Assembly: GCA_964597275.1 (NCBI GenBank)
Contig: CAZQXS010000007.1
Location: 1 to 53,857, forward strand
Source of the DNA: an uncultured Pseudomonadota bacterium
Lineage (GTDB): Bacteria > SAR324 > NAC60-12
DNA length: 53,857 nt
Direction: 5' to 3'
Shown here: positions 34,443 through 42,817 of the stretch, piece after piece
Layout of the letters: each line of letters begins with the position of its first letter
How positions within the stretch are numbered: the first letter of the stretch is position 1
Program-made: the position numbers and the translations under genes
Notes under the pieces: generated by a model
Seen by the model: the letters and a program-made list of their open reading frames with translations, nothing else
Database searches by the model: none
What the model was told of the DNA's origin: nothing

Positions 34443-34904
34443 ATGAATGATCCATCGCTGGATAAACGGGAGCAAGATCCGCAAACGTACGCCATCATCG
34501 GTGCTACGATGGCCGTTCACAGAGAATTGGGAAATGGTTTTTTATAGGCCGTTTACCAAGTGGCACTGGAGAAGGAATTTCAATGTCAACAGATTCCGTA
34601 TGAGCGAGAAAAAGCACTGCCTGTTTTTTACCGGAATGAAGCGATCGCCAATTACCGGGCTGATTTTCTCTGCTATGGGGAGGTGATTGTGGAACTCAAG
34701 GCTCTGCAAAACATTTCTGGGAATGAAGAAGCCCAAGTCATCAATTATCTCAAGGCTTCCGGGTTACACCGAGGGCTTTTGATCAACTTTGGATCTCGAA
34801 GCCTGCAACACAAAAGACTTGTCTTTCATCTGCGAGAATCTGCGCAATCTGCGGATTCTCATTTTCAAAAACCTGAACATCTACTGGACACACTGATTTC
34901 CTGA
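34443..34904 (+). pseudogene. GxxExxY-family (PD-(D/E)XK-like) gene interrupted by an in-frame TAG at the signature glutamate
   Basis: Hand translation from ATG 34443: MNDPSLDKREQDPQTYAIIGATMAVHRELGNGFL*AVYQVALEKEF...ADFLCYGEVIVELKAL...EAQVINYLKASGLHRGLLINFG.... The TAG at 34545-34547 sits where the family motif G-x-x-E-x-x-Y needs Glu (GAG to TAG is one substitution). The track shows only the downstream part (34560..34904). The region is visibly lower in GC than its flanks. Confidence 0.75.
34828..34858 (+). repeat. three tandem ATCTGCG units at the right boundary of the cassette
   Basis: ATCTGCGAGA ATCTGCGCA ATCTGCGGATTC. It encodes the tail ...LRESAQSAD... of the pseudogene. The last unit is the 13-bp inverse partner of 34356-34368. 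Confidence 0.8.
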
Positions 34905-34908
34905 ACCC

Positions 34909-37587
34909 ATGACCTCTCTACCCAAAGCCTACGATCCGCAAGCCTTTGAATCCCAAATCGCCGAGCAGTGGGAGGCGCAACGCCTCTTTCGGGCCAATGC
35001 GGGATCCGGCAAGCAGTCCTTCACGATCTCGATGCCTCCGCCCAACGCAACGGGGCAGTTGCACGTCGGCCATGCGGTGATGCTCGCGCTGGAGGACATC
35101 CTCATCCGCTGGCACCGCATGATGGGGCACGAGGCGCTGTGGGTTCCGGGAACCGACCATGCGGCGATTGCGACGGAGAACGTGGTTCTCAAGCAAATTC
35201 GGGAGCAGGAGGGCATCGCCGACCCCCGTGCCGAGTTGGGACGCGAGGAGGTGCTACGGCGCATTGCGGAGTACGTCGAGCAGTCGCGGGGCACAATCCG
35301 GAACCAAGTCGTCGCGATGGGGTCGAGCTGCGACTGGAGCCGCGAGCGCTACACGATGGACCCCCAGCTCAACCGCTGCGTCAACGAAACCTTTGTGCGC
35401 ATGTACGAGGCGGGGCTGATTTACCGGGGGCCGCGCATCGTCAACTGGGATCCGAAGCTGCACACCAACGTCTCGGACGACGAAGTGGACCGCAAGGAGG
35501 TGCAGTCGCCCTTCTACACCTTCCAGTACGGCCCGTTCCAGATCGGCACGGTGCGTCCGGAAACCAAGTTCGGCGACAAGTACGTCGTCATGCACCCGGA
35601 CGACGAGCGCTATTCGGAGTATCGGCACGGCGACACCTTTGAGTGCGAGTGGATCAACGGCCCCGTGGTCGCCACGATCATCAAGGACGAGGCGGTGGAC
35701 CCCGAATTCGGCACGGGCGTGATGACGATCACCCCGTGGCACGACCACGCGGATTTCGAGATTGCCGAGCGCCACAAGCTCGACAAGGAGGCGATCATTG
35801 ACTTCAGTGGCAAATTGCTGCCTGTCGCACAGGAATTTGCGGGCATGGGCATTGACGAGGTGCGTCCGCAGATTGTGGAAAAGCTCCGCCGCAAGGGGCT
35901 GCTGGTCGAAGTGGACGAAAGCTACACGCACAGCAAGGCGTTCAACAGCCGGGGTGGCGGAGCCATCGAGCCGCAAATCCGCGAGCAGTGGTTCATTGAC
36001 GTCAACAAGCCCGTCGTGCCGTGGCAGGGCGAGCAACGCAGCTTGCGCGAAGTCCTCATCTCTGTGGTGCGGTCCGGAGACATCCGGCTCGTTCCCGACC
36101 GCTTCAACGCCACCTACTTCCACTGGGTGGAGAACCTGCGCGACTGGTGCATTTCCCGCCAAATCTGGTGGGGGCACCGCATTCCGGTGTACTACCGCGA
36201 GGGCGAAATGCAGGCGTCCGTGCGCCCGCTCGACCCCGCCGAGGGCTGGGAGCAGGATGCGGACACGCTCGACACCTGGTTTTCCTCCGCGCTCTGGACG
36301 TGGAGCACGCTGGTTGATTCGGAGCAGGCCGAGGATTTTTCGCTGTCCTTCGAGGAACTGCTGGAGCGCAGCCCGGATTTCCAGAAATTCCACCCCACAC
36401 AGGTGATGGAAACGGGCTACGACATCCTCTTCTTCTGGGTCGCCCGCATGATCCTGATGACGACCTACATGATCCGTGAGGTGCCCTTTGAAACCGTGTA
36501 CCTGCACGGGCTGGTCCGCACCCGTGAGGGCAAGAAGATGTCGAAGTCCGACCCCGCGACCTGCATTGATCCGCTGGAGAGCATCGAGCAACACGGCACC
36601 GATGCCTTGCGGCTTGCGCTCATTGTGGGCACCGGGCCGGGACAGGATTTGCGGCTCTACCCGGAAAAGCTCGAAGCCTGCCGCCGCTTCGCCAACAAGG
36701 TCTGGAACGCCGGACGCTACATCCTGATGACCATCCCGGAAGGCACCCCGGTTACGCCGCCGCAACAGGTGCAATCCGAGCTTGCGCAGTGGCTGCTCCA
36801 CGGACTCAACCGACTTGTGCAGGACGTGCAGGAAAGCCTCACCTCCTACCGCCTTTCTGACGTGATTGACAACCTCCGGAACTTCTTCTGGGGCGAGTTC
36901 TGCGACTGGCATCTGGAGATGGACAAAAAGCCCGAACGGAGTCCGGAGGACAACCAAGTGCTGGCCTACGCCTACACCACGCTGCTCAAGTTGCTGCACC
37001 CGTATGTGCCGTTTGTCACCGAGGCACTCTGGTCGCAGTTTGGCCAGAATAAAATGCTCACGGTGAGCGACTGGCCGCAGCCGCAGCCGACACACGACTT
37101 TCCGGAAAGCCACGCCCGCATCGAACTCGTCAAGGAAGCGATCACCCAAATCCGCACCCTGCGCGACAAGGCGAGCCTTGGACTCGACAAGAAGGTCGCC
37201 GCCAGCTTGGATTCCGTGGTCCGCGCCCCACTGTTCGAGGCGAACCATGAACTCATCGTTCGACTCGCCCGTCTCAGCGAACTGGAAATCCGTGCCGTCG
37301 AGCCAACTCCCGGAAACGATGCGCTCGCGGCGTACTTTCAGGACACGCTGGCCCGCATTGACGCCTCGGCAGTGGATTGGCGCAAGGAGATCGAAACGCT
37401 CAACAAGAAGCTCAAGTCCGAAAGCGACTTCCTCGCCAAGAGCGGCAAAAAACTCGACAACCCCGGATTTCTCGGCAAAGCTCCCGAACACGTCGTTTCC
37501 GAACTGCGCGACAAGGTTGCTGCCACCGAAAAGACCGTCGAAGCCCTGCGCCAGCAAATCCAGGAACTCGAACGGCTGGCAAGTTGA
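34909..37587 (+). CDS. valS: valine--tRNA ligase
   Basis: 892 aa. HIGH-type motif PNATGQLHVGH, KMSKS (GKKMSKSD), CP1 editing domain, C-terminal coiled coil. Confidence 0.97.
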   Translation: MTSLPKAYDPQAFESQIAEQWEAQRLFRANAGSGKQSFTISMPPPNATGQLHVGHAVMLALEDILIRWHRMMGHEALWVPGTDHAAIATENVVLKQIREQEGIADPRAELGREEVLRRIAEYVEQSRGTIRNQVVAMGSSCDWSRERYTMDPQLNRCVNETFVRMYEAGLIYRGPRIVNWDPKLHTNVSDDEVDRKEVQSPFYTFQYGPFQIGTVRPETKFGDKYVVMHPDDERYSEYRHGDTFECEWINGPVVATIIKDEAVDPEFGTGVMTITPWHDHADFEIAERHKLDKEAIIDFSGKLLPVAQEFAGMGIDEVRPQIVEKLRRKGLLVEVDESYTHSKAFNSRGGGAIEPQIREQWFIDVNKPVVPWQGEQRSLREVLISVVRSGDIRLVPDRFNATYFHWVENLRDWCISRQIWWGHRIPVYYREGEMQASVRPLDPAEGWEQDADTLDTWFSSALWTWSTLVDSEQAEDFSLSFEELLERSPDFQKFHPTQVMETGYDILFFWVARMILMTTYMIREVPFETVYLHGLVRTREGKKMSKSDPATCIDPLESIEQHGTDALRLALIVGTGPGQDLRLYPEKLEACRRFANKVWNAGRYILMTIPEGTPVTPPQQVQSELAQWLLHGLNRLVQDVQESLTSYRLSDVIDNLRNFFWGEFCDWHLEMDKKPERSPEDNQVLAYAYTTLLKLLHPYVPFVTEALWSQFGQNKMLTVSDWPQPQPTHDFPESHARIELVKEAITQIRTLRDKASLGLDKKVAASLDSVVRAPLFEANHELIVRLARLSELEIRAVEPTPGNDALAAYFQDTLARIDASAVDWRKEIETLNKKLKSESDFLAKSGKKLDNPGFLGKAPEHVVSELRDKVAATEKTVEALRQQIQELERLAS

Positions 37588-37608
37588 ACCTTCATTTCAG
37601 GAGGACTT

Positions 37609-38505
37609 ATGCTACAACCGCGGAAACAGGTGCTTCCGGGAGCGCTGGCTCTGCTGACCCCCGTGTTGGTTTGGGCTGAAGATCAGTCCGCTACCTGGAA
37701 AAGCGATGCTGTATCAGGGGTTACTCAAACAGTGTCGCAGCGCAACCCGCCCGCGTTGATGCTCGCCAAACGCTGGGAGGCCGGGACGGACGTGAGGGGT
37801 TGGTGGGCAAGCGAGAAGTTCGACGGCATCCGGGCATTCTGGAGCGGAACGGAGCTGCTGACTCGCCAAGGCAACCCGATTGCCGCGCCGGAGTGGTTCA
37901 CAGCGGTGCTTCCAGACTGGCCGCTCGACGGAGAGCTGTGGGTCGGGCGGCAGCAGTTTGCCAAGACGCTGAGCATCGTGCGGGACGCGATGCCCAGTGC
38001 GGAGTGGACGCAGGTACGTTTTTGGGTGTTTGACGCGCCGCAGACTCCGGGGGGCTTCGAGCAGCGACAGGCTCTCCTGAAACAATGGCAACCTCCGGGA
38101 CACGTCCGGATCGTCACGCACGAACAGGTTGCTAACGAAGCTGATGTGCAGGCGCGGCTGGCCCGCGTGAAGCAGAACAACGGCGAGGGCTTGGTGCTGC
38201 GCCGTCCCGGATCGCGGTACTCGTCCGGACGCAGCAGCGACTGGCTGAAGGTGAAATCCTACGATGAGGACGATGCGGTGGTGGTCGCCCACCTTCCCGG
38301 CAAGGGCAAGCACTCCGGACGGCTTGGTGCGTTGCGGGTGCGGCTGGCGGACGGGCGCGAATTCAAAATCGGCACGGGCTTCAGCAACGCGGAGCGGGAG
38401 GCTCCGCCGCCCGTGGGCAGCACCATCACCTTCCGGCATTCCGGATTCACCAAAACAGGACTGCCGCGCTTTGCGGTCTTCCTTCACCTTCGAGACGATT
38501 TTTGA
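37609..38505 (+). CDS. minimal ATP-dependent DNA ligase of the Lig E type with N-terminal signal peptide
   Basis: Signal-like N-terminus MLQPRKQVLPGALALLTPVLVWAED. Motif I SEKFDGIR (KxDG). LDGELW, GEGLVLRR, DWLKVK, an OB-domain GKGKHSGRLGALRV...FKIGTGFS, and C-terminal PRFAVFLHLR. No extra DNA-binding domain (298 aa). Confidence 0.85.
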   Translation: MLQPRKQVLPGALALLTPVLVWAEDQSATWKSDAVSGVTQTVSQRNPPALMLAKRWEAGTDVRGWWASEKFDGIRAFWSGTELLTRQGNPIAAPEWFTAVLPDWPLDGELWVGRQQFAKTLSIVRDAMPSAEWTQVRFWVFDAPQTPGGFEQRQALLKQWQPPGHVRIVTHEQVANEADVQARLARVKQNNGEGLVLRRPGSRYSSGRSSDWLKVKSYDEDDAVVVAHLPGKGKHSGRLGALRVRLADGREFKIGTGFSNAEREAPPPVGSTITFRHSGFTKTGLPRFAVFLHLRDDF

Positions 38506-38516
38506 CCAAACCTGAC

Positions 38517-39443
38517 ATGCTCAAAACCACCGTGATCGGGGTCGGCTACCTCGGACGCTTCCATGCCCAAAAACACGCCGCCCTGCCGGAATGCGAACTC
38601 GTCGGAGTGGTGGATGCCAACCCGGAACAGGCGAAAGCGGTCGGCGAGGAATTGGGGGTGCCGTGGCACACCGATCCAGCGGCGGTGCTGGAGCAAGTGG
38701 ACGCCGTGAGCATCGTTGTGCCCACCAGTGCGCACCACACCATCGCCAAGCCGTTTCTGGAACGCGGCATCCACGTTTTGCTGGAAAAGCCCTTTGCCGC
38801 GACCATCCCAGAGGCTGAGGAACTGACCGCGCTCGCCGCCGCAAAAAACGCGGTGTTGCAGATTGGGCATCTGGAGCGCTTCAATGTCGTCTATACCGGA
38901 TTCCGTGAGCAGATCGGCAGGCCGCAGTTTGTGGAGAACATCCGCATCGCGCCCTTCCCCAAGCGCGGCACGGACGTGGATGTGATCCTCGATTTGATGA
39001 TCCACGACATTGACCTCGTGCTGGCGGTCGTGCAGGAAATGCCGGAGGCCGTGGAAGCGACCGGGGTGCCGATCCTCACGACCAGCGTGGACCTCGCCAG
39101 CGCACGGTTGCGCTTTCCCGGAGGCTGCATCGCCAACCTCACCGCCAGTCGAGTTTCGGACAAGGCGGAGCGGCGCATGCGGATCTTCCAGTCCGGGCTT
39201 TACCTCTCGCTGGATTACGGCACCGGACAGGCGCGGCGGCTTCAGGTCGATCCCCAAGAATTCATTGATCCGGAAACGTTGCAACCCGAAGCCTTCCAGC
39301 TTGAGCGCGGAGACGCCCTGCTGGAGGAGGTTCGGAGCTTTCTCGACTGCGCGCGCGCCGGAAGCACCCCGCAGGTTTCCGCGCAGGACGGGCTGAACGC
39401 GATGCGCGTAGCGGCTCAGGTGCAGGCGCAAATCCAGTCGTGA
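38517..39443 (+). CDS. Gfo/Idh/MocA-family NAD-dependent oxidoreductase (possibly UDP-sugar 3-dehydrogenase, GnnA-like)
   Basis: Rossmann start MLKTTVIGVGYLGRFHA and an EKP motif (LLEKPFA). The track start TTG 38502 overlaps the ligase stop, so ATG 38517 is preferred. The GnnA-like idea rests only on context with envelope genes. Confidence 0.75.
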   Translation: MLKTTVIGVGYLGRFHAQKHAALPECELVGVVDANPEQAKAVGEELGVPWHTDPAAVLEQVDAVSIVVPTSAHHTIAKPFLERGIHVLLEKPFAATIPEAEELTALAAAKNAVLQIGHLERFNVVYTGFREQIGRPQFVENIRIAPFPKRGTDVDVILDLMIHDIDLVLAVVQEMPEAVEATGVPILTTSVDLASARLRFPGGCIANLTASRVSDKAERRMRIFQSGLYLSLDYGTGQARRLQVDPQEFIDPETLQPEAFQLERGDALLEEVRSFLDCARAGSTPQVSAQDGLNAMRVAAQVQAQIQS

Positions 39444-39447
39444 GCCA

Positions 39448-40545
39448 ATGATCCTCTTCCGGTCGCTGTCGGTGCAGTTGCTGGTGCCGTTTGCGCTGGC
39501 CCTGTCGGTGCTGCTGTTCATCATCTCCATCAACACCATCAACCAGCTCATCGTGCTGATTGTGGATCGCGGGGTGAGCGTTGGCAGTGTTTCGCTGATG
39601 CTGCTGTACCGGCTCCCGCAGTTTGTCACAGCGACCCTGCCCTATGCGACGGTGCTGACCGCCACCCTGCTCATGGTCCGCCTTTCGCGGGACTCGGAAC
39701 TGCTGGCGTTGCAGAGCGCAGGCATGGGGTTCTGGCGCATCGGCAAGGCGATTTTTGTGTTCTCGCTGCTCGTCTCCTGCCTTAGCTTGTTGATCACCAC
39801 CGTGATCCAGCCGTATGCCTACGGCAAGTATGAGGCGGAAAAGCTGAAGTTGCTCAAGAAGTTCACGGTCAAAACCATCCAGCCCGGCACCCTGTACTAT
39901 GACATTCCCGGCAAGGTCATGTATGTTGACAGGATTGAAGACGAGGTCCAGAAAGGGGTGTTCATTGCAGACCGAGAGTTCCGGTCGGACATGACGGTCG
40001 CCTTTGCGGATCAGGGCATCTTCGAGTTTGGAGGGAATCAGCAGGAGCCGGCCCTGCGGCTGACCGATGGCGTCCTGCATCAAACTAGCGAGCCTTCGGA
40101 ATACCGGACCATTCAATTCGGCAGCCTGCGGTACGTCCTCAACCTGAGCCGGGACTTGACCGAGGCCGATGTCTGCCACGGAGGGTGCTTGCGTCCGATC
40201 TGGCAGACCCCAACCCTTGAACTGATCCGTTCCGGCTCACGTCGGGCAACGATTGAACTGATGGAGCGCTTTGCGCTTCCCTTTGGCAACTTCGCACTCG
40301 CAATCGCCATGATTGCCTTGGGAGCGCACCACCCCAGAAAAGGCTCGGTGCAGGTCTATCTGCGGATGCTCTGCCTTGTGATGGCCTATTACATCATCTG
40401 GCTCACCAGTGCGGAAAACGCCATGTACGGCGAGTGGCCCCCGGCAGGCGTGTGGGCGGCCCCGGTCCTCGTGACGCTCTACGCAATCTTGAGCTTGTGC
40501 GTGATGGACTCTGTCAAAAAACCTTGGAAAAAAATAAAGGCCTAA
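39448..40545 (+). CDS. LptF/LptG-family LPS export permease
   Basis: 365 aa. MILFRSLSVQLLVPFALALSVLLFIISINTINQLIVLIV... has YjgP/YjgQ-like topology: three TM segments, a periplasmic beta-jellyroll, then three more TM segments. Confidence 0.8.
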   Translation: MILFRSLSVQLLVPFALALSVLLFIISINTINQLIVLIVDRGVSVGSVSLMLLYRLPQFVTATLPYATVLTATLLMVRLSRDSELLALQSAGMGFWRIGKAIFVFSLLVSCLSLLITTVIQPYAYGKYEAEKLKLLKKFTVKTIQPGTLYYDIPGKVMYVDRIEDEVQKGVFIADREFRSDMTVAFADQGIFEFGGNQQEPALRLTDGVLHQTSEPSEYRTIQFGSLRYVLNLSRDLTEADVCHGGCLRPIWQTPTLELIRSGSRRATIELMERFALPFGNFALAIAMIALGAHHPRKGSVQVYLRMLCLVMAYYIIWLTSAENAMYGEWPPAGVWAAPVLVTLYAILSLCVMDSVKKPWKKIKA

Positions 40546-40546
40546 C

Positions 40547-41191
40547 GTGTTGCTTCGCTCTCTAAGTCTCGGACTGCCCCTGCTTTTGCTGTGCCCCACA
40601 AGTCTGTTCGCGGATGCCCTGTTGTTGCAGCGCATCCAAACCCGCTACCAGCAGACCGGGAGCTTCACCGCCCGCTTTGTGCAGGTTGACCAGCGGCCCG
40701 AAGCGGAGGAGCGCCGCGCCGAAGGCACCGTACGCTACAAGCGTCCGGGGCGGATGCGCTGGCACTACGAAAGCCCGGAGGAGCAGCTTTTGGTCACCGA
40801 CGGCGAAACGCTCTGGCTTTACGATCCGCTCTTGGAAAACGTCACCATCCAGCGCATTGAGCGCGTGGCTCCCGGAACCGTGCTGGCCTTCCTGCTGGGC
40901 GTGGGGGACTTGGAATCGGATTTCCGTCCGCGCCGCCAAACCCAAGAACTGCTCGAACCTCCGCGAGGAGTGGTGCTGGAACTGGAGCCGCGCCGCGAAC
41001 TCGCCAACCTCGATTTCCTGCAACTGGAGGTGGACCCGCTCACCAGCGACCTGCTGGCGATGGTGCTGGTGGATGGGACCGGAAACGTCCGCATCATCCG
41101 GCTGGAGGACATGGAGCGCGAGGTGAAACTGGCGGATGCCGAGTTTGTCTTTGAAGTCACCCCGGACCTTGAAGTGATTCGCCCGGAGTGA
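40547..41191 (+). CDS. lolA: outer-membrane lipoprotein carrier LolA-like
   Basis: Signal peptide LLRSLSLGLPLLLLCPTSLFA, then LQRIQTRYQQTGSFTARFVQ...GTVRYKRPGRMRWHYESPEEQLLVTDGETLWLYDP. Confidence 0.8.
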   Translation: MLLRSLSLGLPLLLLCPTSLFADALLLQRIQTRYQQTGSFTARFVQVDQRPEAEERRAEGTVRYKRPGRMRWHYESPEEQLLVTDGETLWLYDPLLENVTIQRIERVAPGTVLAFLLGVGDLESDFRPRRQTQELLEPPRGVVLELEPRRELANLDFLQLEVDPLTSDLLAMVLVDGTGNVRIIRLEDMEREVKLADAEFVFEVTPDLEVIRPE

Positions 41192-41261
41192 ACATGCCTG
41201 AACGCCTCGTTCTCCGCTTGGCGGCTGAATCCCAACTTCCTAACCCATTGCTTCCAATACG

Positions 41262-42011
41262 ATGACTCAACTTTCCCTGCGCACCGATAGCCGCTCCGAC
41301 CACGAAGCCCGTCCGCTGGCCCTCACACTCGATTTCACGATGCACGCGGAAGGCTCCGTGCTGGTGGAGTGCGGCCACACCAAAGTGATCTGCACCGCAT
41401 CGGTCGAGGACGATGTGCCGCCCTTCCTCAAGGGCAAGGACAAGCAGCCCAAGCACGGCTGGGTCACGGCAGAGTACGGGATGCTTCCGCGCTCCACCGG
41501 AACCCGGCGCAAGCGCGAAACGGGCAAAGTGGATGGACGCACTCAGGAAATCCAGCGGCTGATCGGACGCGCCCTGCGCTCCGTCACGGACCTGCACGCG
41601 CTCACGCCCTACACCATCCGACTCGACTGCGACGTGATCCAGGCCGATGGCGGCACCCGCACCGCCGCCATTTCCGGAGTCTTTGTCGCCCACATCCTTG
41701 CCCTGCGAAAGCTGTTTTCCGCAGGCAAGCTCAAGAAATTCCCGGTCCAGCAGCACCTTGCTGCGATCAGCGTGGGGCTGGTGGAGAACCGGGTGCTGCT
41801 TGATCTCAAGTACGACGAGGACAGCGCGGCAGAGGTGGACATGAATGTGGTTCTGCTTGAAGACGGCACCTTTGTGGAAGTGCAGGGCACTGCCGAGGGC
41901 AAGACCTTCTCACGGACGCAGTTGGATAGCCTGCTCGATCTCGCCGAACAGGGCATCCGGGCACACATTGCCTCACAAAAGCAGGCTCTCGGAAACTCCC
42001 TGCAAGGCTAG
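41262..42011 (+). CDS. rph: ribonuclease PH
   Basis: [15 protein letters not shown] and [18 protein letters not shown] motifs; 249 aa. Confidence 0.95.
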   Translation: MTQLSLRTDSRSDHEARPLALTLDFTMHAEGSVLVECGHTKVICTASVEDDVPPFLKGKDKQPKHGWVTAEYGMLPRSTGTRRKRETGKVDGRTQEIQRLIGRALRSVTDLHALTPYTIRLDCDVIQADGGTRTAAISGVFVAHILALRKLFSAGKLKKFPVQQHLAAISVGLVENRVLLDLKYDEDSAAEVDMNVVLLEDGTFVEVQGTAEGKTFSRTQLDSLLDLAEQGIRAHIASQKQALGNSLQG

Positions 42012-42016
42012 ACGGC

Positions 42017-42817
42017 ATGTACCCCACCATCTTCTCCCTCGAAATCTCGTTTTTGGACCTCACGCTGGAGCCACGCTTTTACGGGCTGTTCTACGCCATC
42101 GCCATCCTGATCGGCTCCCGGATTGTGCTGTCGGAAGTGAGACGCCGCAACTTGGGCCTCAGCGACGACGACGCAATGAACCTCACGCTCTACGCCTTTC
42201 TCGTCGGACTGTTGGGTGCCCGGACGTATGAGGTGGTGATGGAGTGGTCGAACTATTACGCGCACCAGCCCTTCTGGAAGGTGTTTGCCGTCTGGCAGGG
42301 AGGACTCGCCATCCACGGGGGCATCATCGGCGGCAGCCTTTACACGATCTTCTACTGCCGACGGAAGCAGGTGGCCCAGGCGCATTTTCTGGACATCGCC
42401 GCACTTTGCATGGTTCAGGGGCAAGCGATTGGGCGCTGGGGCAACTTCACCAACGGCGAAGCCGCCGGACCCGTGACGGACTTCTGGACCGGAATCGTCT
42501 TTCCTCCCGGAACCGTGATTGACCGCTACGCCCAAGGCCAGCCCGTGCATCCGACCATGATCTACGAGTCGCTGGGCAACGCCCTCATCTTCCTGATCCT
42601 TTGGCTGCTGCGGCGCAAGAATTTTCCTCCCGGAATGCTCTGCGCCCTCTACCTGATCGGCTACTCCCTCCTGCGCTCGGCCCTCACATCCTTCCGCATG
42701 GACAATCAATTCTTCACCCTCGGAGAAACCGTCATTCTCGCGCCCTACGCCATCAGCGTGGTGCTGACGGCTGTGGCCGTTGCTTGGATTTATCAGATAC
42801 GCAAGCATGACTCCTGA
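42017..42817 (+). CDS. lgt: prolipoprotein diacylglyceryl transferase
   Basis: Polytopic. LAIHGGIIGG and the signature GRWGNFTNGEAAG. 266 aa. Confidence 0.9.
   Translation: MYPTIFSLEISFLDLTLEPRFYGLFYAIAILIGSRIVLSEVRRRNLGLSDDDAMNLTLYAFLVGLLGARTYEVVMEWSNYYAHQPFWKVFAVWQGGLAIHGGIIGGSLYTIFYCRRKQVAQAHFLDIAALCMVQGQAIGRWGNFTNGEAAGPVTDFWTGIVFPPGTVIDRYAQGQPVHPTMIYESLGNALIFLILWLLRRKNFPPGMLCALYLIGYSLLRSALTSFRMDNQFFTLGETVILAPYAISVVLTAVAVAWIYQIRKHDS

Noticed and set aside
34545-34547. TAG in the GxxExxY gene as a recoded (read-through or Pyl) codon rather than a nonsense mutation
   Set aside because: TAG is used as an ordinary stop by a neighbouring gene (rph ends in TAG at 42009-42011). No recoding signal or pyl genes are visible. 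A single GAG to TAG substitution is the simpler explanation.
34447-34686. 79-aa ORF in another frame of the low-GC cassette
   Set aside because: Its translation has no similarity to anything I recognise. The +0 frame from 34443 reads as a GxxExxY-family protein on both sides of the TAG.
34356-34858. ATCTGCG-unit repeats as a CRISPR array
   Set aside because: The units are 9-11 nt with no spacer-sized intervals. There are only three tandem copies plus inverted copies, and no cas genes.
35254-37557. 767-aa minus ORF opposite valS (and 45790..47553 opposite gcvP)
   Set aside because: valS (HIGH/KMSKS) and gcvP (PLP-Lys region) are unambiguous on the plus strand. The antisense ORFs have no motifs.
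38484-40179. Minus ORFs 38484..39629 and 39262..40179, and 52445..53731 further right
   Set aside because: They lie opposite clear Gfo/Idh/MocA, LptF/G-family and ABC permease genes, and their composition is typical of GC-rich antisense frames.
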